NCBI GenBank assembly: GCA_965228475.1
Contig: OZ245817.1
Location: forward strand, 1,632,001 to 1,696,000
Reading direction: 5' to 3'
Length of the DNA: 64,000 nt
DNA from: Myxococcota bacterium
GTDB taxonomy: Bacteria; Myxococcota_A; UBA9160; JAFDDA01
The position numbers were made by a program, and so were the translations under genes. Numbering within the stretch: position 1 is the first letter of the stretch; every line of letters starts with the position of its first letter. Positions 20,753 through 32,289 of the stretch are shown here, in pieces. The notes below the pieces were generated by a model. That model made no database searches and was not told where the DNA came from. It saw nothing but the letters and a program-made list of their open reading frames with translations.

Positions 20753-21124
20753 ATGGCGCGCAAGATCGAAAACGACAAAGTCCGGCGCCGCGTCGCGCGC
20801 AGAACCCGTGTGGCCAAGGGCCTGCGGACGAGCGAGCGGGTGGCATTGACCGTCTACCGCAGCAACAAGCACATCTACGCGCAGCTCGTGGATGCGGCGA
20901 GCGGGAAGACGCTGACCTCCGTTTCGACGCGGACGCAGGCCCTCGCGGGCGAGGCGGCCTCGGCGAGCGGGATCGAAGCCGCGAAGAAGGTGGGCCTGGC
21001 GATCGCCGAGCGCGCCCGCGAGCGGCAGATCGAACGGGTCGTCTTCAACCGGAACGGTTTCCTCTATCACGGGCGCGTGAAGGCCCTCGCAGAGGCCGCT
21101 CGCGAAGCGGGCCTCCAGTTCTGA
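20753..21124 (+). CDS. rplR: 50S ribosomal protein uL18
   Basis: [37 protein letters not shown]. Confidence 0.97.
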   Translation: MARKIENDKVRRRVARRTRVAKGLRTSERVALTVYRSNKHIYAQLVDAASGKTLTSVSTRTQALAGEAASASGIEAAKKVGLAIAERARERQIERVVFNRNGFLYHGRVKALAEAAREAGLQF

Positions 21125-21134
21125 GGACTTTTCA

Positions 21135-21632
21135 ATGGCATTCGCTGCTGTGACACAGATCAATCCCAACGACCTCGACCTCAAGGATCGCGTGGTCCAC
21201 ATCAACCGCGTCGCGAAGGTGGTGAAGGGCGGTCGCCGCTTCTCCTTCAGCGCGCTGGTGGTGGTCGGCGACGGCGCCGGCATCGTGGGCGTCGGCCTCG
21301 GGAAGGCCGGCGAGGTCCCGGAGGCGATCCGCAAGGGCGTCGAGCGGGCGCGCAAGACCCTGCTCGAGGTCCCGCTCGTCGAGGGGACGCTCCCGCACGA
21401 GATCATCGGCCGCTACGGCGCGGGTGCCGTCCTGCTCCGCCCGGCCTCGCCCGGTACCGGCGTGATCGCCGGCGGCGGCGTGCGTGCGGTGCTCGAGTCG
21501 GCCGGCGTTCGCGACGTGCTGACCAAGACCCTCGGAACGAACAACCCGCACAACGTGGTGAACGCCACGATGCAGGGGCTCCGCGAGCTGCGCGACCCGG
21601 AAGTGCGGCGACGGGAGCTGCTCGGAGCATGA
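21135..21632 (+). CDS. rpsE: 30S ribosomal protein uS5
   Basis: [37 protein letters not shown]. Confidence 0.98.
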   Translation: MAFAAVTQINPNDLDLKDRVVHINRVAKVVKGGRRFSFSALVVVGDGAGIVGVGLGKAGEVPEAIRKGVERARKTLLEVPLVEGTLPHEIIGRYGAGAVLLRPASPGTGVIAGGGVRAVLESAGVRDVLTKTLGTNNPHNVVNATMQGLRELRDPEVRRRELLGA

Positions 21633-21808
21633 GCCAGAAGATCTCGGTGAAGCTCGTGAAGAGCCCGATCGGATACGACCGGCGGCAGCGGGCGACGCTG
21701 CGCGGGCTCGGCCTGCGCCGCCTGCAGCAGACCGTCGAAGTGAACGACGAGCCCGCGATCCGCGGGATGATCGACAAGGTGAAGCACCTCGTCGTGGTGG
21801 AGGGCTAG
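21629..21808 (+). CDS. rpmD: 50S ribosomal protein uL30 (59 aa, not in the ORF track)
   Basis: Read by hand: [59 protein letters not shown]; lies between rpsE and rplO. Confidence 0.96.
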   Translation: MSQKISVKLVKSPIGYDRRQRATLRGLGLRRLQQTVEVNDEPAIRGMIDKVKHLVVVEG

Positions 21809-21810
21809 TC

Positions 21811-22272
21811 ATGCTCGACCGATTGCAGCCGCGTCCCGGCGCCCGCAAGAAGCCGATCCGCGTCGGACGTGGCCATGCCTCGGGCAAGGGCAAGACCTGT
21901 GGCCGCGGCGTGAAGGGCCAGGGCCACCGCTCGGCCGGTCGCGAGGTGAAGATCTTCTTCGAAGGCGGGCAGATGCCGATGACCCGCCGCCTGCCGAAGC
22001 GCGGCTTCTGGCACGAGAAGAAGCCCGTCGAGGTGGTGAACCTCGCCGCGCTCGCCGCCCTGGGCGACGGCGCGACGGTGGACCGCGCGACGCTCGCCGC
22101 CAAGGGCCTCATCCGCGGCGCTGCGCCCACGGTGAAGCTCCTCGGTGAGGGCGAGGCCCCGAAGAACCTGACGGTGAAGCTCCAGGCCGTCAGCGCGGGT
22201 GCGAAGGAAAAGGTCGAAGCGGCCGGTGGCAGCGTCGAGATCGTCGCCGCCGAGGAGAAGAAGCAGTCGTGA
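21811..22272 (+). CDS. rplO: 50S ribosomal protein uL15
   Basis: RVGRGHASGKGKTCGRGVKGQ, FEGGQMP...RLPKRGF. Confidence 0.97.
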   Translation: MLDRLQPRPGARKKPIRVGRGHASGKGKTCGRGVKGQGHRSAGREVKIFFEGGQMPMTRRLPKRGFWHEKKPVEVVNLAALAALGDGATVDRATLAAKGLIRGAAPTVKLLGEGEAPKNLTVKLQAVSAGAKEKVEAAGGSVEIVAAEEKKQS

Positions 22273-23579
22273 CCGGTGGCGTGCAGAACATCGGGCGGAT
22301 CCCGGAGCTCCAGAAGCGGATCCTCTTCACGTTCGGGATGCTGATCGTGTACCGGATCGGTGCGCACATCGTCACGCCCGGAGTGAACCCCGACGTCATC
22401 CGCGCCTTCTTCGAGCAGATGAGCGGCAGCATCTTCGGGATCTTCAACCTGTTTTCGGGTGGCGCGATGGAGCAGCTCTCCATCTTCGCGCTGGGCATCA
22501 TGCCCTACATCTCGGCGTCGATCATCTTCCAGCTGCTGACCGCGGCCGTCCCGGCCCTCGAACGCCTGAAGCAGGAAGGCGAGCAGGGCCGCAAGAAGAT
22601 CACCCAGTACACGCGCTACGCGACGATCGTGCTGGCCCTGTTCCAGAGCATCCTGATCGCGACCGCTCTCGAGGGTGGGCAGTTCGGCGCCGGCGCCGTC
22701 TCGGAGCCCGGCTGGGGCTTCCGGCTGCTGTGCATGATCACGCTCACCACGGGCACGGCCTTCATCATGTGGCTCGGCGAGCAGGTCACCGAGCGTGGCA
22801 TCGGCAACGGCATCTCGCTCGTGATCTTCGCCGGCATCATCGTCGCCATCCCGGGTGCGATCGGGCAGCTCGGCGAGCTCGTCCGGACGGACCAGTTCAC
22901 GCTGCTCCGGGCGCTCTTCCTGATCGCCTTCATGATCGTAGTGACGGGCTTCGTGGTCTTCTTCGAGCGCGGCCAGCGGCGGATCCCGATCCAGCACGCG
23001 CGCCGGGTCGTCGGCAAGAAGGTGACCCAGGGGGGGATGAGCTACTTCCCGCTGCGCGTGAACACCGCCGGGGTGATTCCGCCCATCTTCGCCTCGTCGA
23101 TCCTGATGCTCCCGCTGACGGTCACGAGCTACGTCGAGTCCCCCCAGATCCAGGCCTTCGTCGACGAGTGGCTCTACTTCGGCGGCTTCACGTACAACCT
23201 CGTCTACGTCGCCCTGATCATCTTCTTCGCGTACTTCTACACGGCGATCATGATCGATCCGAACGACGTGGCCGACAACATCAAGAAGTTCGGCGGCTAC
23301 ATCCCCGGGATCCGGCCCGGCAAGAAGACGGCCGAGTACATCAACAAGGTGCTCACGCGTCTGACGCTCGCCGGGGGGATCTACGTCTCCGCCGTGTGCG
23401 TGTTGCCGGTGATTCTCGCGACCTGGGCGAACGTGACGTTCTTCTTCGGCGGCACGGCGCTATTGATCGTCGTGGGCGTGGCCCTCGACACGATCGGGCA
23501 GGTCGAATCGCACCTGGTGTCCCGCCAGTACGAAGGGTTCACCTCGGGCACGCGGCAGCGCGGGAGGCTCGGCCGATGA
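22269..23579 (+). CDS. secY: Preprotein translocase subunit SecY
   Basis: SIFALGIMPYISASII, GIGNGISL, AGVIPPIFASS, IPGIRPG; multiple TM segments. Confidence 0.98.
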   Translation: MTGGVQNIGRIPELQKRILFTFGMLIVYRIGAHIVTPGVNPDVIRAFFEQMSGSIFGIFNLFSGGAMEQLSIFALGIMPYISASIIFQLLTAAVPALERLKQEGEQGRKKITQYTRYATIVLALFQSILIATALEGGQFGAGAVSEPGWGFRLLCMITLTTGTAFIMWLGEQVTERGIGNGISLVIFAGIIVAIPGAIGQLGELVRTDQFTLLRALFLIAFMIVVTGFVVFFERGQRRIPIQHARRVVGKKVTQGGMSYFPLRVNTAGVIPPIFASSILMLPLTVTSYVESPQIQAFVDEWLYFGGFTYNLVYVALIIFFAYFYTAIMIDPNDVADNIKKFGGYIPGIRPGKKTAEYINKVLTRLTLAGGIYVSAVCVLPVILATWANVTFFFGGTALLIVVGVALDTIGQVESHLVSRQYEGFTSGTRQRGRLGR

Positions 23580-24148
23580 GCGCGCGACGTCTCCTGCTGC
23601 TCGGCCCGCCCGGAGCCGGAAAGGGCACCCAGGCCCAGTTCCTGATCGAGCGGCTCTCCATTCCCCAGATCTCGACGGGCGACATGCTGCGCGCGGCGGT
23701 CGCCGCCGGTTCGCCGGTGGGGGAGCAGGCCAAGGGCTTCATGGACCGCGGCGAGCTCGTGCCGGACGAGGTCGTGATCGGCGTGGCCCGCGAGCGCCTC
23801 GAACAGGACGACTGCCAGACCGGCTTCATCCTCGACGGCTTCCCCCGCACGGCGGCCCAGGCCGAGGCCCTCGACCGCATGCTCCAGGAGCTCGGCGTCG
23901 AGCTCGAGCGCTGCGTGGCCATCACCGTCGACGTCGACGAGCTGGTCCAGCGGCTCCTGGCCCGCGCCGAGAAGGAAGGCCGCGCCGACGACAACGAAGA
24001 GACGATCCGCACGCGGATGTCGGTCTACGAGAACCAGACCCGGCCGCTGCTCGACTACTACGAAGCGAAGGGAATCCTCGCGAAGGTCGATGGGCAGGGC
24101 TCGATCGAGGAGATCGCCGAGCGCGTCTCCGAGGCGGTGGCCGGATAG
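23576..24148 (+). CDS. adk: Adenylate kinase (short form, no large LID domain)
   Basis: GPPGAGKGTQ P-loop, STGDMLR, LDGFPRT, GRADDN; ATGA overlap with secY. Confidence 0.96.
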   Translation: MSARRLLLLGPPGAGKGTQAQFLIERLSIPQISTGDMLRAAVAAGSPVGEQAKGFMDRGELVPDEVVIGVARERLEQDDCQTGFILDGFPRTAAQAEALDRMLQELGVELERCVAITVDVDELVQRLLARAEKEGRADDNEETIRTRMSVYENQTRPLLDYYEAKGILAKVDGQGSIEEIAERVSEAVAG

Positions 24149-24150
24149 CG

Positions 24151-24939
24151 ATGGCGTACGGAAACCGCATCACGATCAAGACCCGCTCCGAGCTCGAGAA
24201 GATGCGCGAAGCGGGGCGCCACGTGGGCGAGATCCTGCTCGAGGTCCGCGAGCGGGCCCGTTCCGGCATGACCACCGGGGAGCTCAACGACCTGGCGAAG
24301 CGCTGCATCGAGCGGCGCGGCGTGGTGTCGTCCTTCCTCGACTACGCCCCGGGCGGCGCGCCGCCGTACCCGGCCGTGATCTGCATCTCCGCGAACGAGG
24401 AGATCGTCCACGGCATCCCGGGGCCGCGGGAGCTGAAGGACGGCGACCTGTTGAGCCTCGACTTCGGCATCCACGTCGACGGATTCCATGGCGACTCGGC
24501 CGTGACGATCCCGATCGGCGACATCGGCCCGGAGAGCGAGCGCCTCATCGAGGCCACGCGGGACGCCCTCTACAAGGGCATCGCGCAGATGGTCCCGGGC
24601 AACCGCCTCTCCGACATCGGCCACGCCATCCAGGAGCGTGCGGAGTCCGAGGGCTTCGGCGTGGTGCGCCAGTTCGTGGGGCACGGCATCGGCCGCCTTC
24701 TGCACGAGCCGCCGCAGATTCCGAACTACGGCAACCCGGGCAAGGGCCCGCGGCTGCGAACGGGCATGGTCTTCGCGATCGAGCCCATGGTTTGCATGGG
24801 GAGCTACGATGTCCGCATGCTCGACGACGAGTGGACCGCGGTCACCGCGGATGGCTCGCTGTCGGCCCATTTCGAACACACCATCCTGATCACCGATGAC
24901 GGCCCGGAGGTCCTGACCGCCGTGCCGGGATCGCACTGA
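24151..24939 (+). CDS. map: Methionine aminopeptidase type I
   Basis: [41 protein letters not shown]. Confidence 0.97.
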   Translation: MAYGNRITIKTRSELEKMREAGRHVGEILLEVRERARSGMTTGELNDLAKRCIERRGVVSSFLDYAPGGAPPYPAVICISANEEIVHGIPGPRELKDGDLLSLDFGIHVDGFHGDSAVTIPIGDIGPESERLIEATRDALYKGIAQMVPGNRLSDIGHAIQERAESEGFGVVRQFVGHGIGRLLHEPPQIPNYGNPGKGPRLRTGMVFAIEPMVCMGSYDVRMLDDEWTAVTADGSLSAHFEHTILITDDGPEVLTAVPGSH

Positions 24940-24956
24940 TCGGGAAGGGGAGAGAC

Positions 24957-25070
24957 ATGAAGGTCAGAGCCTCGGTGCGCAAGATGTGTGACAAGTGCCG
25001 GATCATCAAACGCCGCGGAGTCGTGCGCGTGATCTGCGACAACCCCAAGCACAAGCAGCGCCAGGGTTAG
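24957..25070 (+). CDS. rpmJ: 50S ribosomal protein bL36, Zn-binding form (37 aa, not in the ORF track)
   Basis: Read by hand: [37 protein letters not shown]. Confidence 0.97.
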   Translation: MKVRASVRKMCDKCRIIKRRGVVRVICDNPKHKQRQG

Positions 25071-25079
25071 GAGGAACGG

Positions 25080-25460
25080 ATGGCACGCATCGCCGGAATC
25101 GACTTGCCGCGTCAGAAGCGGATCGTGATCGCCCTGACGTACATCTACGGCGTCGGGAACACGTCCGCCGCGAAGATCTGCGCGAGCTCCGGAGTGGATC
25201 CGGATACGAAGACCGAGCAGCTCTCCGAGGGCGACGTCATTCAGCTCCGCGAAGTCATCGAGCGTGACTTCAAGGTCGAGGGTGATCTGCGGCGCGAAGT
25301 CAGCCAGCAGATCAAGACCCTGATGGATCTGGGCTGCTACCGGGGGCTCCGCCACCGGCGCGGTCTGCCGGTGCGCGGCCAGCGCACCCACACGAACGCC
25401 CGCACCCGGAAGGGTCCGCGCAAGACGGTCGCCGGGAAGAAGCCGGCCGGGAAGAAGTAG
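25080..25460 (+). CDS. rpsM: 30S ribosomal protein uS13
   Basis: [45 protein letters not shown]. Confidence 0.98.
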   Translation: MARIAGIDLPRQKRIVIALTYIYGVGNTSAAKICASSGVDPDTKTEQLSEGDVIQLREVIERDFKVEGDLRREVSQQIKTLMDLGCYRGLRHRRGLPVRGQRTHTNARTRKGPRKTVAGKKPAGKK

Positions 25461-25466
25461 ACAAGC

Positions 25467-25850
25467 ATGGTCAAGAAGACGGGCAAGAAGAAGGTCAAGA
25501 AGAACGTCCAGAACGGGATGGCGCACATCCAGTCGACGTTCAACAACACGATCATCACGATCACGGACGTGGCCGGCAACGCGCTTTGCTGGGCGACGGC
25601 GGGGCAGCAGGGCTTCAAGGGCTCGCGCAAGTCGACGCCGTTCGCCGCGCAGGTGGCCGCCGAGCAGTGTGCGAAGAAGGCCGTCGACCACGGCATCCGC
25701 TCGCTGGGCGTCTACGTCAAGGGCCCGGGTGCCGGGCGCGAGACGGCGCTGCGCGCGCTCCAGGCCGCGGGCATCCGCATCACGCTCATCCAGGACGTTA
25801 CTCCGATCCCGCACAACGGCTGCCGCCCGCCCAAGCGGCGCCGGGTGTAG
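25467..25850 (+). CDS. rpsK: 30S ribosomal protein uS11
   Basis: [39 protein letters not shown]. Confidence 0.98.
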   Translation: MVKKTGKKKVKKNVQNGMAHIQSTFNNTIITITDVAGNALCWATAGQQGFKGSRKSTPFAAQVAAEQCAKKAVDHGIRSLGVYVKGPGAGRETALRALQAAGIRITLIQDVTPIPHNGCRPPKRRRV

Positions 25851-25865
25851 GGAGGAAGGTTTCCA

Positions 25866-26492
25866 ATGGCTCGATACGTCGGTTCCGTTTGTCGTCTCTG
25901 CCGCCGGGAAGGCACCAAGCTCTTCCTCAAGGGCGATCGCTGCTTCAGTGAGAAGTGCGCGGTCGATCGGCGCAACTATCCCCCGGGCCAGCATGGCCAG
26001 GGGCGCCCGCGGTTCTCGGACTACGGGGTGCAGCTGCGTGAGAAGCAGAAGGTGAAGCGCATGTACGGCCTGCTGGAGCACCAGTTCCGCCGCACGATGA
26101 AGGAAGCCAGCCGCATGAAGGGGCTGGCGGGTGAGAACCTGCTCTCGCTCCTCGAGCGGCGGCTCGACAACGTCGTGTTCCGGCTTGGCTTCGCGACGTC
26201 CCGCTCGGAAGCGCGCCAGCTCGTGAAGCACGGTCACTTCAACGTCAACGGACGCCGCGCGACGATTCCGTCGATGCGCATGCGCCCGGGGACGAAGGTC
26301 GAGGTGCGGCAGAAGTCTCGCGAGGTCACGCGGATCGCGGGGGCTCTCGAAGCGCTCGAGGAGCGCAGCCTCCCGCAGTGGCTCGAGATCGACAAGGCCA
26401 GCTTCGAGGGCACCGTCAAGGCGCTCCCGACGCGCGAGGACATCACCCTGCCGATCGAAGAGCAGCTGATCGTCGAGCTGTACTCGCGCTAG
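25866..26492 (+). CDS. rpsD: 30S ribosomal protein uS4 (four-Cys Zn-binding form)
   Basis: CRLCRREG...DRC...[29 protein letters not shown]. Confidence 0.98.
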   Translation: MARYVGSVCRLCRREGTKLFLKGDRCFSEKCAVDRRNYPPGQHGQGRPRFSDYGVQLREKQKVKRMYGLLEHQFRRTMKEASRMKGLAGENLLSLLERRLDNVVFRLGFATSRSEARQLVKHGHFNVNGRRATIPSMRMRPGTKVEVRQKSREVTRIAGALEALEERSLPQWLEIDKASFEGTVKALPTREDITLPIEEQLIVELYSR

Positions 26493-26568
26493 CGGCGCCC
26501 GGAACCCGCGCCCGGGCGACCGGCGCGCGCAAGAAACATCCACTTCGGAGCACAAGGGGGCTCGAGGC

Positions 26569-27603
26569 ATGGAAGACATGAACCAGGAACTGATGGCTGC
26601 AAACTGGCGGACGCTGATCCGGCCGCGCCGGCTCGAGGTCGAAGAACCGAGCCAGACGGGTGCCTACGGGCGATTCGCCTGTGAGCCGCTCGAGCGCGGC
26701 TTCGGCATCACGCTCGGGAACGCGCTGCGCCGCGTGCTGCTCTCCTCGCTCCAGGGCGCGGCGATCACCTCGGTGCGCATCGAGGGCGTGCTCCACGAGT
26801 TCTCGACCATCCCGGGCGTCCACGAGGACGTGGCGGACGTGATCCTGAACCTGAAGGAGGTCCGGCTGAGCCTGAACTCCCTCGAGTCGAAGGTGCTGCG
26901 CATCCGCAAGAGCGGACCCGGGACGATCGTCGCCGGCGACCTCGCCGCGGATGATTCCTCCGTCGAGGTGAAGAACCCCGACCTCAAGATCGCGACGCTC
27001 GCCGACGATTCCGACGTCGAGATCGAGATCACCGTGGCCAACGGCAAGGGCTACGTGCTCGCCGAGAACAACAAGACCGAGGAGATGCCGATCGGGACCA
27101 TTCCGATCGACTCGATCTTCTCGCCGGTCCACCGTGTCAACTACACGGTGAACCCGGCCCGCGTCGGCCGGGAGACGGACTTCGACCGCCTGACGCTCGA
27201 CGTCTGGACCGACGGCACGCTGAACCCGGCGGACGCCGTGGCCTACGCCGCGAAGATCCTGAAGGATCAGCTCACCATCTTCATCAACTTCGAAGAGCCC
27301 GAAGAGGTGTCGCTGCCCGCCGCCGACGAGCCCGAGCCGCTCAACCCGAACCTGTTCCGCTCGGTCGACGAGCTGGAGCTCTCGGTGCGGTCGGCCAACT
27401 GTCTGCAGAACGCCAACATCCGCTACATCGGTGAGCTCGTGCAGCGCACCGAGGCGGAGATGCTCAAGACGAAGAACTTCGGCCGGAAGTCGCTCAACGA
27501 GATCAAGGAGGTCCTCGCCTCCATGGAGCTCGCTCTCGGCACGAAGCTCGACGGCTTCCCGCAGCGCACCGACATCGAGAAGATGCGGGAGCGCGAGGTC
27601 TAG
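26569..27603 (+). CDS. rpoA: RNA polymerase alpha subunit
   Basis: [44 protein letters not shown]. Confidence 0.98.
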   Translation: MEDMNQELMAANWRTLIRPRRLEVEEPSQTGAYGRFACEPLERGFGITLGNALRRVLLSSLQGAAITSVRIEGVLHEFSTIPGVHEDVADVILNLKEVRLSLNSLESKVLRIRKSGPGTIVAGDLAADDSSVEVKNPDLKIATLADDSDVEIEITVANGKGYVLAENNKTEEMPIGTIPIDSIFSPVHRVNYTVNPARVGRETDFDRLTLDVWTDGTLNPADAVAYAAKILKDQLTIFINFEEPEEVSLPAADEPEPLNPNLFRSVDELELSVRSANCLQNANIRYIGELVQRTEAEMLKTKNFGRKSLNEIKEVLASMELALGTKLDGFPQRTDIEKMREREV

Positions 27604-27607
27604 ACCG

Positions 27608-28051
27608 ATGCGACATGCCAAGCGCGGGGGCAAGCTCAACCGGACGAGCGCCCACCGAAAAGCCATGCTCCGGAATCTGGTGACGTCGCTGTTCGAGCAC
27701 GAACGCGTCGAAACCACCGACGCCAAGGCCAAGGAGCTGCGCCGGATCGCGGACCGGATGATCACCCTCGGCAAGCGCGGGGATCTTCATGCGCGGCGCC
27801 AGGCCCTGTCCGTGATCCACGGCAAGGACGTGACGGCCAAGGTCTTCGGGGAGCTCGCGGAACGCTTCCGCGAGCGGCCGGGCGGCTACACCCGCGTGTT
27901 GAAGACGCGCGTGCGGCCGGGCGACGCGGCCTCGATGTCGATCGTCGAACTCGTCGAGGGCATGGCGAAGCCGGAGCCCACCGAGAAGGCGAGCAAGAAG
28001 AAGGCGTCGAAGAAGAAGGCCAGCAAGAAGGCCGCCGCCAAGGACGAGTAG
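27608..28051 (+). CDS. rplQ: 50S ribosomal protein bL17 with Lys-rich C-terminal tail
   Basis: [35 protein letters not shown]. Confidence 0.97.
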   Translation: MRHAKRGGKLNRTSAHRKAMLRNLVTSLFEHERVETTDAKAKELRRIADRMITLGKRGDLHARRQALSVIHGKDVTAKVFGELAERFRERPGGYTRVLKTRVRPGDAASMSIVELVEGMAKPEPTEKASKKKASKKKASKKAAAKDE

Positions 28052-28052
28052 C

Positions 28053-28580
28053 CTGTCTCCCCGGGTCGTCATCGCGGCCTTCCTGCTGGTGCTCGGGGGA
28101 ATCGGCCTGCTGCTGCTCGACGGCAGCGGTGCCGAGCCGATCGAACGCGGCAGCCCCGCGCCGGCCTTCGAGCTGCCGGCCCTCGAAGGCGAGCCCGTCT
28201 CCCTGGGCGCCTACGCGGGCCGCGTCGTGCTGGTGAACTTCTGGGCGACCTGGTGCAAGCCCTGCGAGGAGGAGATGCCCGCCATGGAGCGTCTCTACCA
28301 GGCGCACCGCGAAGCGGGCTTCGAGCTCCTGGCCATTGCGGTGGGTGAACCCGAGGAGGTGGTCCGGCCCTTTCGCGACCGGTTGGGCCTGACCTTCCCG
28401 GTGCTGCTCGACGAGGACAAGCGGGTCTCGCTCTCCTACCAGACCTTCCGCTTTCCCGAGAGCTACCTGATCGGGCCCGATGGCCGGGTCGTCGAGCGCT
28501 ACGTGGGGCCCCGGGTGTGGGATTCCACGGCCTACGTCGAGCGGGTCGGGCGCCTGATCGCCGAGGGCGACATTCGTTAG
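28053..28580 (+). CDS. TlpA/ResA-family membrane-anchored thiol-disulfide oxidoreductase
   Basis: APAFEL, VLVNFWATWCKPCEEEMP, FPES cis-Pro loop; start uncertain (CTG 28053 or GTG 28089). Confidence 0.88.
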   Translation: MSPRVVIAAFLLVLGGIGLLLLDGSGAEPIERGSPAPAFELPALEGEPVSLGAYAGRVVLVNFWATWCKPCEEEMPAMERLYQAHREAGFELLAIAVGEPEEVVRPFRDRLGLTFPVLLDEDKRVSLSYQTFRFPESYLIGPDGRVVERYVGPRVWDSTAYVERVGRLIAEGDIR

Positions 28581-28632
28581 AGTCCGGGTTCGGGCGGCCT
28601 TCGCGGGCTGCCCCGAGGGCCGCACACGGGGG

Positions 28633-28944
28633 GTGGTGGCGGTGAAGCGCTTCTGGCTGGCTCCGGCGATGCTCGCCGCGGCCGTCGTCTATGCCGGGTT
28701 CGACTCGGAATCGGGTCTGCGGACCTGGTGGGAGCTCCGCGGGGCTCTCGCCGAGGCCCGTGGCCGGATCGAGGACCGCCAGCGCGAGATGGCGGCCCTG
28801 GACGCGGCGGCTCGCGAGCTCGACGGGGAGGGCGATTCCTTCGCGATGGAGGAGGCCATCCGTGTCGATCTCGGCCTGTCCCGGCCGGACGAGACGATCG
28901 TACTGTTCGACGACCCCCCGGGCCCAAGTGGCCGGAATCCTTGA
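28633..28944 (+). CDS. FtsB/DivIC-like septum formation initiator
   Basis: N-terminal TM, G-L-x-x-W then a coiled-coil, ending EEAIRVDLGLSRPDETIV as in FtsB/DivIC. Confidence 0.75.
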   Translation: MVAVKRFWLAPAMLAAAVVYAGFDSESGLRTWWELRGALAEARGRIEDRQREMAALDAAARELDGEGDSFAMEEAIRVDLGLSRPDETIVLFDDPPGPSGRNP

Positions 28945-28977
28945 CCGAAACCCAGACCCGGACGATTCTCACACACC

Positions 28978-30723
28978 GTGAAAGAAGCCTTGCTCGAGCA
29001 TGTTCGGGCCGCCGTCGGGCGGCTCGTGGCCGACGCCGCGGAAGCGGCGGGGGAGGGGGGAGATCCGCCCGCCTTCGCGCTGGACGTGCCGCGTCAGGCG
29101 GACCACGGGGACTTCGCCTGCAACGCCGCCATGGTGCTGACGAAGCGCCTGCGGCGCCCGCCGCGTGAGATCGCCCAGGAGCTGATCGACCTGCTCGGTG
29201 ACGCCGGCGGCCTGGTGGAACGCGCCGAGATCGCCGGCCCCGGCTTCGTGAACCTCTGGCTCTCGGACGCGCGCTGGCAGGGCCTTCTGCGCGAGATCCT
29301 CGAGGCCGGCCCGCGCTACGGCGCTTCGGAGGCCGGCGCCGGGCGCAAGATCCAGGTCGAGTTCGTCTCGGCCAACCCGACGGGCCCGCTCACGCTCGGC
29401 CACGGTCGCCAGGCCGTGCTGGGCGACAGCCTCGCACGGCTCTTCGCGCTCCAGGGCTGGGACGTCACCCGCGAGTACTACTTCAACAACGGCGGCCGCC
29501 AGATGCGCGTGCTCGGCCAGTCCGTGCGGGCGCGCTACCTCGAGCGGCTCGGCCGCGCTGCAGCGCCGCCCGAGTCGGCGCTGGCCGACGCCAAGGCCGA
29601 GTGGCCCGAGAGCGTCGACGGGCTGCCCGTGGCCTTCCCGCGCGACGGATACCAGGGCGGCTACATCCAGGAGATCGCCGCGCAGATCGCCGAAGCGCAC
29701 GGCGAGAGCTGGGCGGAGGACGCGGACGAGTCCCGCTTCCGCGAGGTCGCCGAAACGCGGATCTTCGCCGAGATCCGGGCGACGCTCGAGCGGCTCGGCA
29801 TCGTCTTCGACGAGTTCTACAACGAGACCACCCTCTACGACGAGGGCAAGCTCGAGGCGGCGGTGGAAGACCTGCGCGAGCGCGGGCTCGTCTACGAAGC
29901 CGACGGCGCCGTCTGGCTGCGCGCCACGGAGCTCGGCCTCGACCGCGATCGCGTGATCATCAAGAGCAGCGGAGAGCCGACCTACCTGCTGCCGGACATC
30001 GCCTACCACCGCGAGAAGTTCCGGCGCGGCTTCGACCTCGTGATCGACTGCCAGGGGGCCGACCACATCGAACAGTTCCCCTTCGTGGTGAAGGCCGCCG
30101 GCGCGCTCGGCTGCCCCGAGGACGCCATCGAGCTGGTGATGAACCAGTTCGTCACGCTCACGAGCGGCGGCGAGCAGGTCAAGCAGTCGACCCGCAAGGC
30201 GACCTACGTCACCGTGGACGAGCTGGTCGACGACGTCGGGACCGACGTCTTCCGCTTCTTCATGGTCCAGCGCAAGGCCGAGGGGCACCTCGATTTCGAC
30301 CTCGAAGTGGCCAAGGACACGGACTGGAAGAAGAACCCGGCCTACTACGTGCAATACGCCCATGCGCGCACCCACGGCGTCGAGCGCAAGGCGAAGGAGC
30401 TCGACGTCGCACTGCCCGAGCCCGCGGAGGTCGACGCTTCGCAGCTCTCGCTGCCCGAGGAGCTCGAGCTGCTGAAGAAGCTCGCCGAGTACCCGGAGGT
30501 CGTCGCGCGCGCGGCGGATCAGCGCGAACCGCATCACATGGCCTACTACCTGCGTGACCTCGCGGGCCTGTGGAACCCCTACATCCAGGACGGCACGCGC
30601 CACCGCGTGCTGTCGGACGACGCGGCCCTCACGCGGGCGCGGCTCGGCCTCGTGCTCGCCGTTCGGACCGTTCTCGCGAACGGCCTCGGCGTGCTCGGCC
30701 TCGGCGCACCGGAGCGCATGTAA
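28978..30723 (+). CDS. argS: Arginine--tRNA ligase
   Basis: [36 protein letters not shown] (HIGH-like), [18 protein letters not shown]-terminus. Confidence 0.97.
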   Translation: MKEALLEHVRAAVGRLVADAAEAAGEGGDPPAFALDVPRQADHGDFACNAAMVLTKRLRRPPREIAQELIDLLGDAGGLVERAEIAGPGFVNLWLSDARWQGLLREILEAGPRYGASEAGAGRKIQVEFVSANPTGPLTLGHGRQAVLGDSLARLFALQGWDVTREYYFNNGGRQMRVLGQSVRARYLERLGRAAAPPESALADAKAEWPESVDGLPVAFPRDGYQGGYIQEIAAQIAEAHGESWAEDADESRFREVAETRIFAEIRATLERLGIVFDEFYNETTLYDEGKLEAAVEDLRERGLVYEADGAVWLRATELGLDRDRVIIKSSGEPTYLLPDIAYHREKFRRGFDLVIDCQGADHIEQFPFVVKAAGALGCPEDAIELVMNQFVTLTSGGEQVKQSTRKATYVTVDELVDDVGTDVFRFFMVQRKAEGHLDFDLEVAKDTDWKKNPAYYVQYAHARTHGVERKAKELDVALPEPAEVDASQLSLPEELELLKKLAEYPEVVARAADQREPHHMAYYLRDLAGLWNPYIQDGTRHRVLSDDAALTRARLGLVLAVRTVLANGLGVLGLGAPERM

Positions 30724-31292
30724 TGCCGGCCGCCCGCAAGCCGAGCGCCTCCCGTCGCAACACCCGCAAGACCGCGCCCCGGCCGCGCCTCGCCCGGACC
30801 CTGTTCGCCACGGCTCTGCTCGTCGTGTTCGGCTTCGGTTTCGGCCTGGTCGCCGGTGCGCTCTGGGAGACGCCCTCGACCCTGCTCGGGCCCTTCCGGG
30901 GCGAGACCCACGTGGTGGATCTGACGGTGCTCGAGGACCCCACGGGCAGCGCCGAGCCCCTGGAAGGGGAGGGCGACGCCCCGGTCGAGCGCGTGATCGC
31001 CGAGGTCCCGGAGCCGCCGCCGGTCGCCGCGGCCCCGCCGCCGTCCTCGGGCCCCTTCGCCGTGCAGGTGGGGTCCTACGAGGAGCCCGTGCCGGCGTGG
31101 AAGCTCGCCGAGCAGCTCGGCGCCAAGGACTACGCCGTCTACGTCGACGAAGGCTCCGCGGCCGGCAAGCCCCGCTGGCGCGTGCGCGTCGGCCCGATCC
31201 CCGATCGCGACCAGGCCGAACGCGTGGCGCGACGTTTGAAGAACCAGGAGCGCTTGCCCATCTGGGTGATCGCCACGGAGCAGCGTCCGTGA
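30723..31292 (+). CDS. Membrane-anchored SPOR-domain protein (FtsN/DedD-like)
   Basis: TAATG overlap with argS; basic N-terminus, TM, Pro/Glu linker, FAVQVGSY...WRVRVGP SPOR motifs. Confidence 0.85.
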   Translation: MPAARKPSASRRNTRKTAPRPRLARTLFATALLVVFGFGFGLVAGALWETPSTLLGPFRGETHVVDLTVLEDPTGSAEPLEGEGDAPVERVIAEVPEPPPVAAAPPPSSGPFAVQVGSYEEPVPAWKLAEQLGAKDYAVYVDEGSAAGKPRWRVRVGPIPDRDQAERVARRLKNQERLPIWVIATEQRP

Positions 31293-31323
31293 TTTCTCCG
31301 CGACGTGGGGCGAGGGCCGGGCG

Positions 31324-32289
31324 ATGAAGCTGAAACGAGTGCTGGTGACGGGGGGCGCGGGCTTCCTCGGCTCCCATCTGTGCGAGCGGCTGCTCTCCGA
31401 GGGCTGCGAGGTCATCGCCTTCGACAACCTCCTGACGGGGCGCATGGACAACATCGCCCACCTGCTCGCCGAGCCCGGCTTCACCTTCGAGCACTACGAC
31501 GTCACGAACTTCCTCTACGTGCCGGGCCCGCTCGATGCGATCCTGCACTTCGCGTCGCCCGCGAGCCCCGCGGACTTCGAGCGCCTGCCGATCCAGATCC
31601 TCAAGGTCGGTGCGCTCGGCACCCACAAGGTGCTCGGGCTGGCGCGCGCGAAGAACGCCCGCATCCTGCTCGCCAGCACCTCGGAGTGCTACGGCGACCC
31701 GTTGGTGAACCCCCAGCCCGAGACGTACTGGGGCAACGTCAACCCGATCGGCATCCGCGGCGTCTACGACGAGGCCAAGCGCTTCGCCGAGGCGATGGCC
31801 ATGGCGTACCACCGTCATCACGGCGTGGACGTCCGCATCGTGCGCATCTTCAACACCTTCGGCCCGCGCATGCAGGTCGACGACGGCCGGGCGATCCCGA
31901 ACTTCTTCAGCCAGGCCCTGCGCAACGAGGACATCACCGTCTTCGGCGACGGCAGCCAGACGCGGGCGTTCATCTACGTCGAGGACCAGATCGAAGGCCA
32001 GATGCGGCTCCTCCATTCGGACTACGTCGGCCCGGTGAACGTCGGGAACCCGAAGGAGATGACCCTGCTCGAGATGGCGAAGACGATCATCGAGATCACG
32101 GGCAGCAAGAGCCAGATCGTCTACCGCCCGCTGCCTCCGGACGACCCGAAGGTCCGGCGCCCGGACATCACGCTGGCCCAGCGCGTGCTCGACGGCTGGG
32201 GCCCGCAGGTGTCCGTCGCGGAGGGCCTGCAGCGGACGGCGGACTACTTCCGCAAGGAACTCACCGCCAAGGGAGTGATCCCCGGGTGA
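31324..32289 (+). CDS. UDP-glucuronate decarboxylase family (extended SDR)
   Basis: [58 protein letters not shown]. Confidence 0.9.
   Translation: MKLKRVLVTGGAGFLGSHLCERLLSEGCEVIAFDNLLTGRMDNIAHLLAEPGFTFEHYDVTNFLYVPGPLDAILHFASPASPADFERLPIQILKVGALGTHKVLGLARAKNARILLASTSECYGDPLVNPQPETYWGNVNPIGIRGVYDEAKRFAEAMAMAYHRHHGVDVRIVRIFNTFGPRMQVDDGRAIPNFFSQALRNEDITVFGDGSQTRAFIYVEDQIEGQMRLLHSDYVGPVNVGNPKEMTLLEMAKTIIEITGSKSQIVYRPLPPDDPKVRRPDITLAQRVLDGWGPQVSVAEGLQRTADYFRKELTAKGVIPG

Noticed and set aside
22199..24148. Apparent long N-terminal extensions on adk, lepA, lepB, pyrC, rplW, rplQ and the bS22-like ORF in the ORF track
   Set aside because: The extensions overlap upstream genes in another frame. The real starts lie at ATGA/GTGA overlaps or after SD sequences.
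23576..24148. Adenylate kinase lacking the large LID domain
   Set aside because: Short-form ADKs are a known, common class.
24940..24956. infA absent between map and rpmJ
   Set aside because: The absence is real, but infA is outside this cluster in many bacteria, so it is not remarkable on its own.
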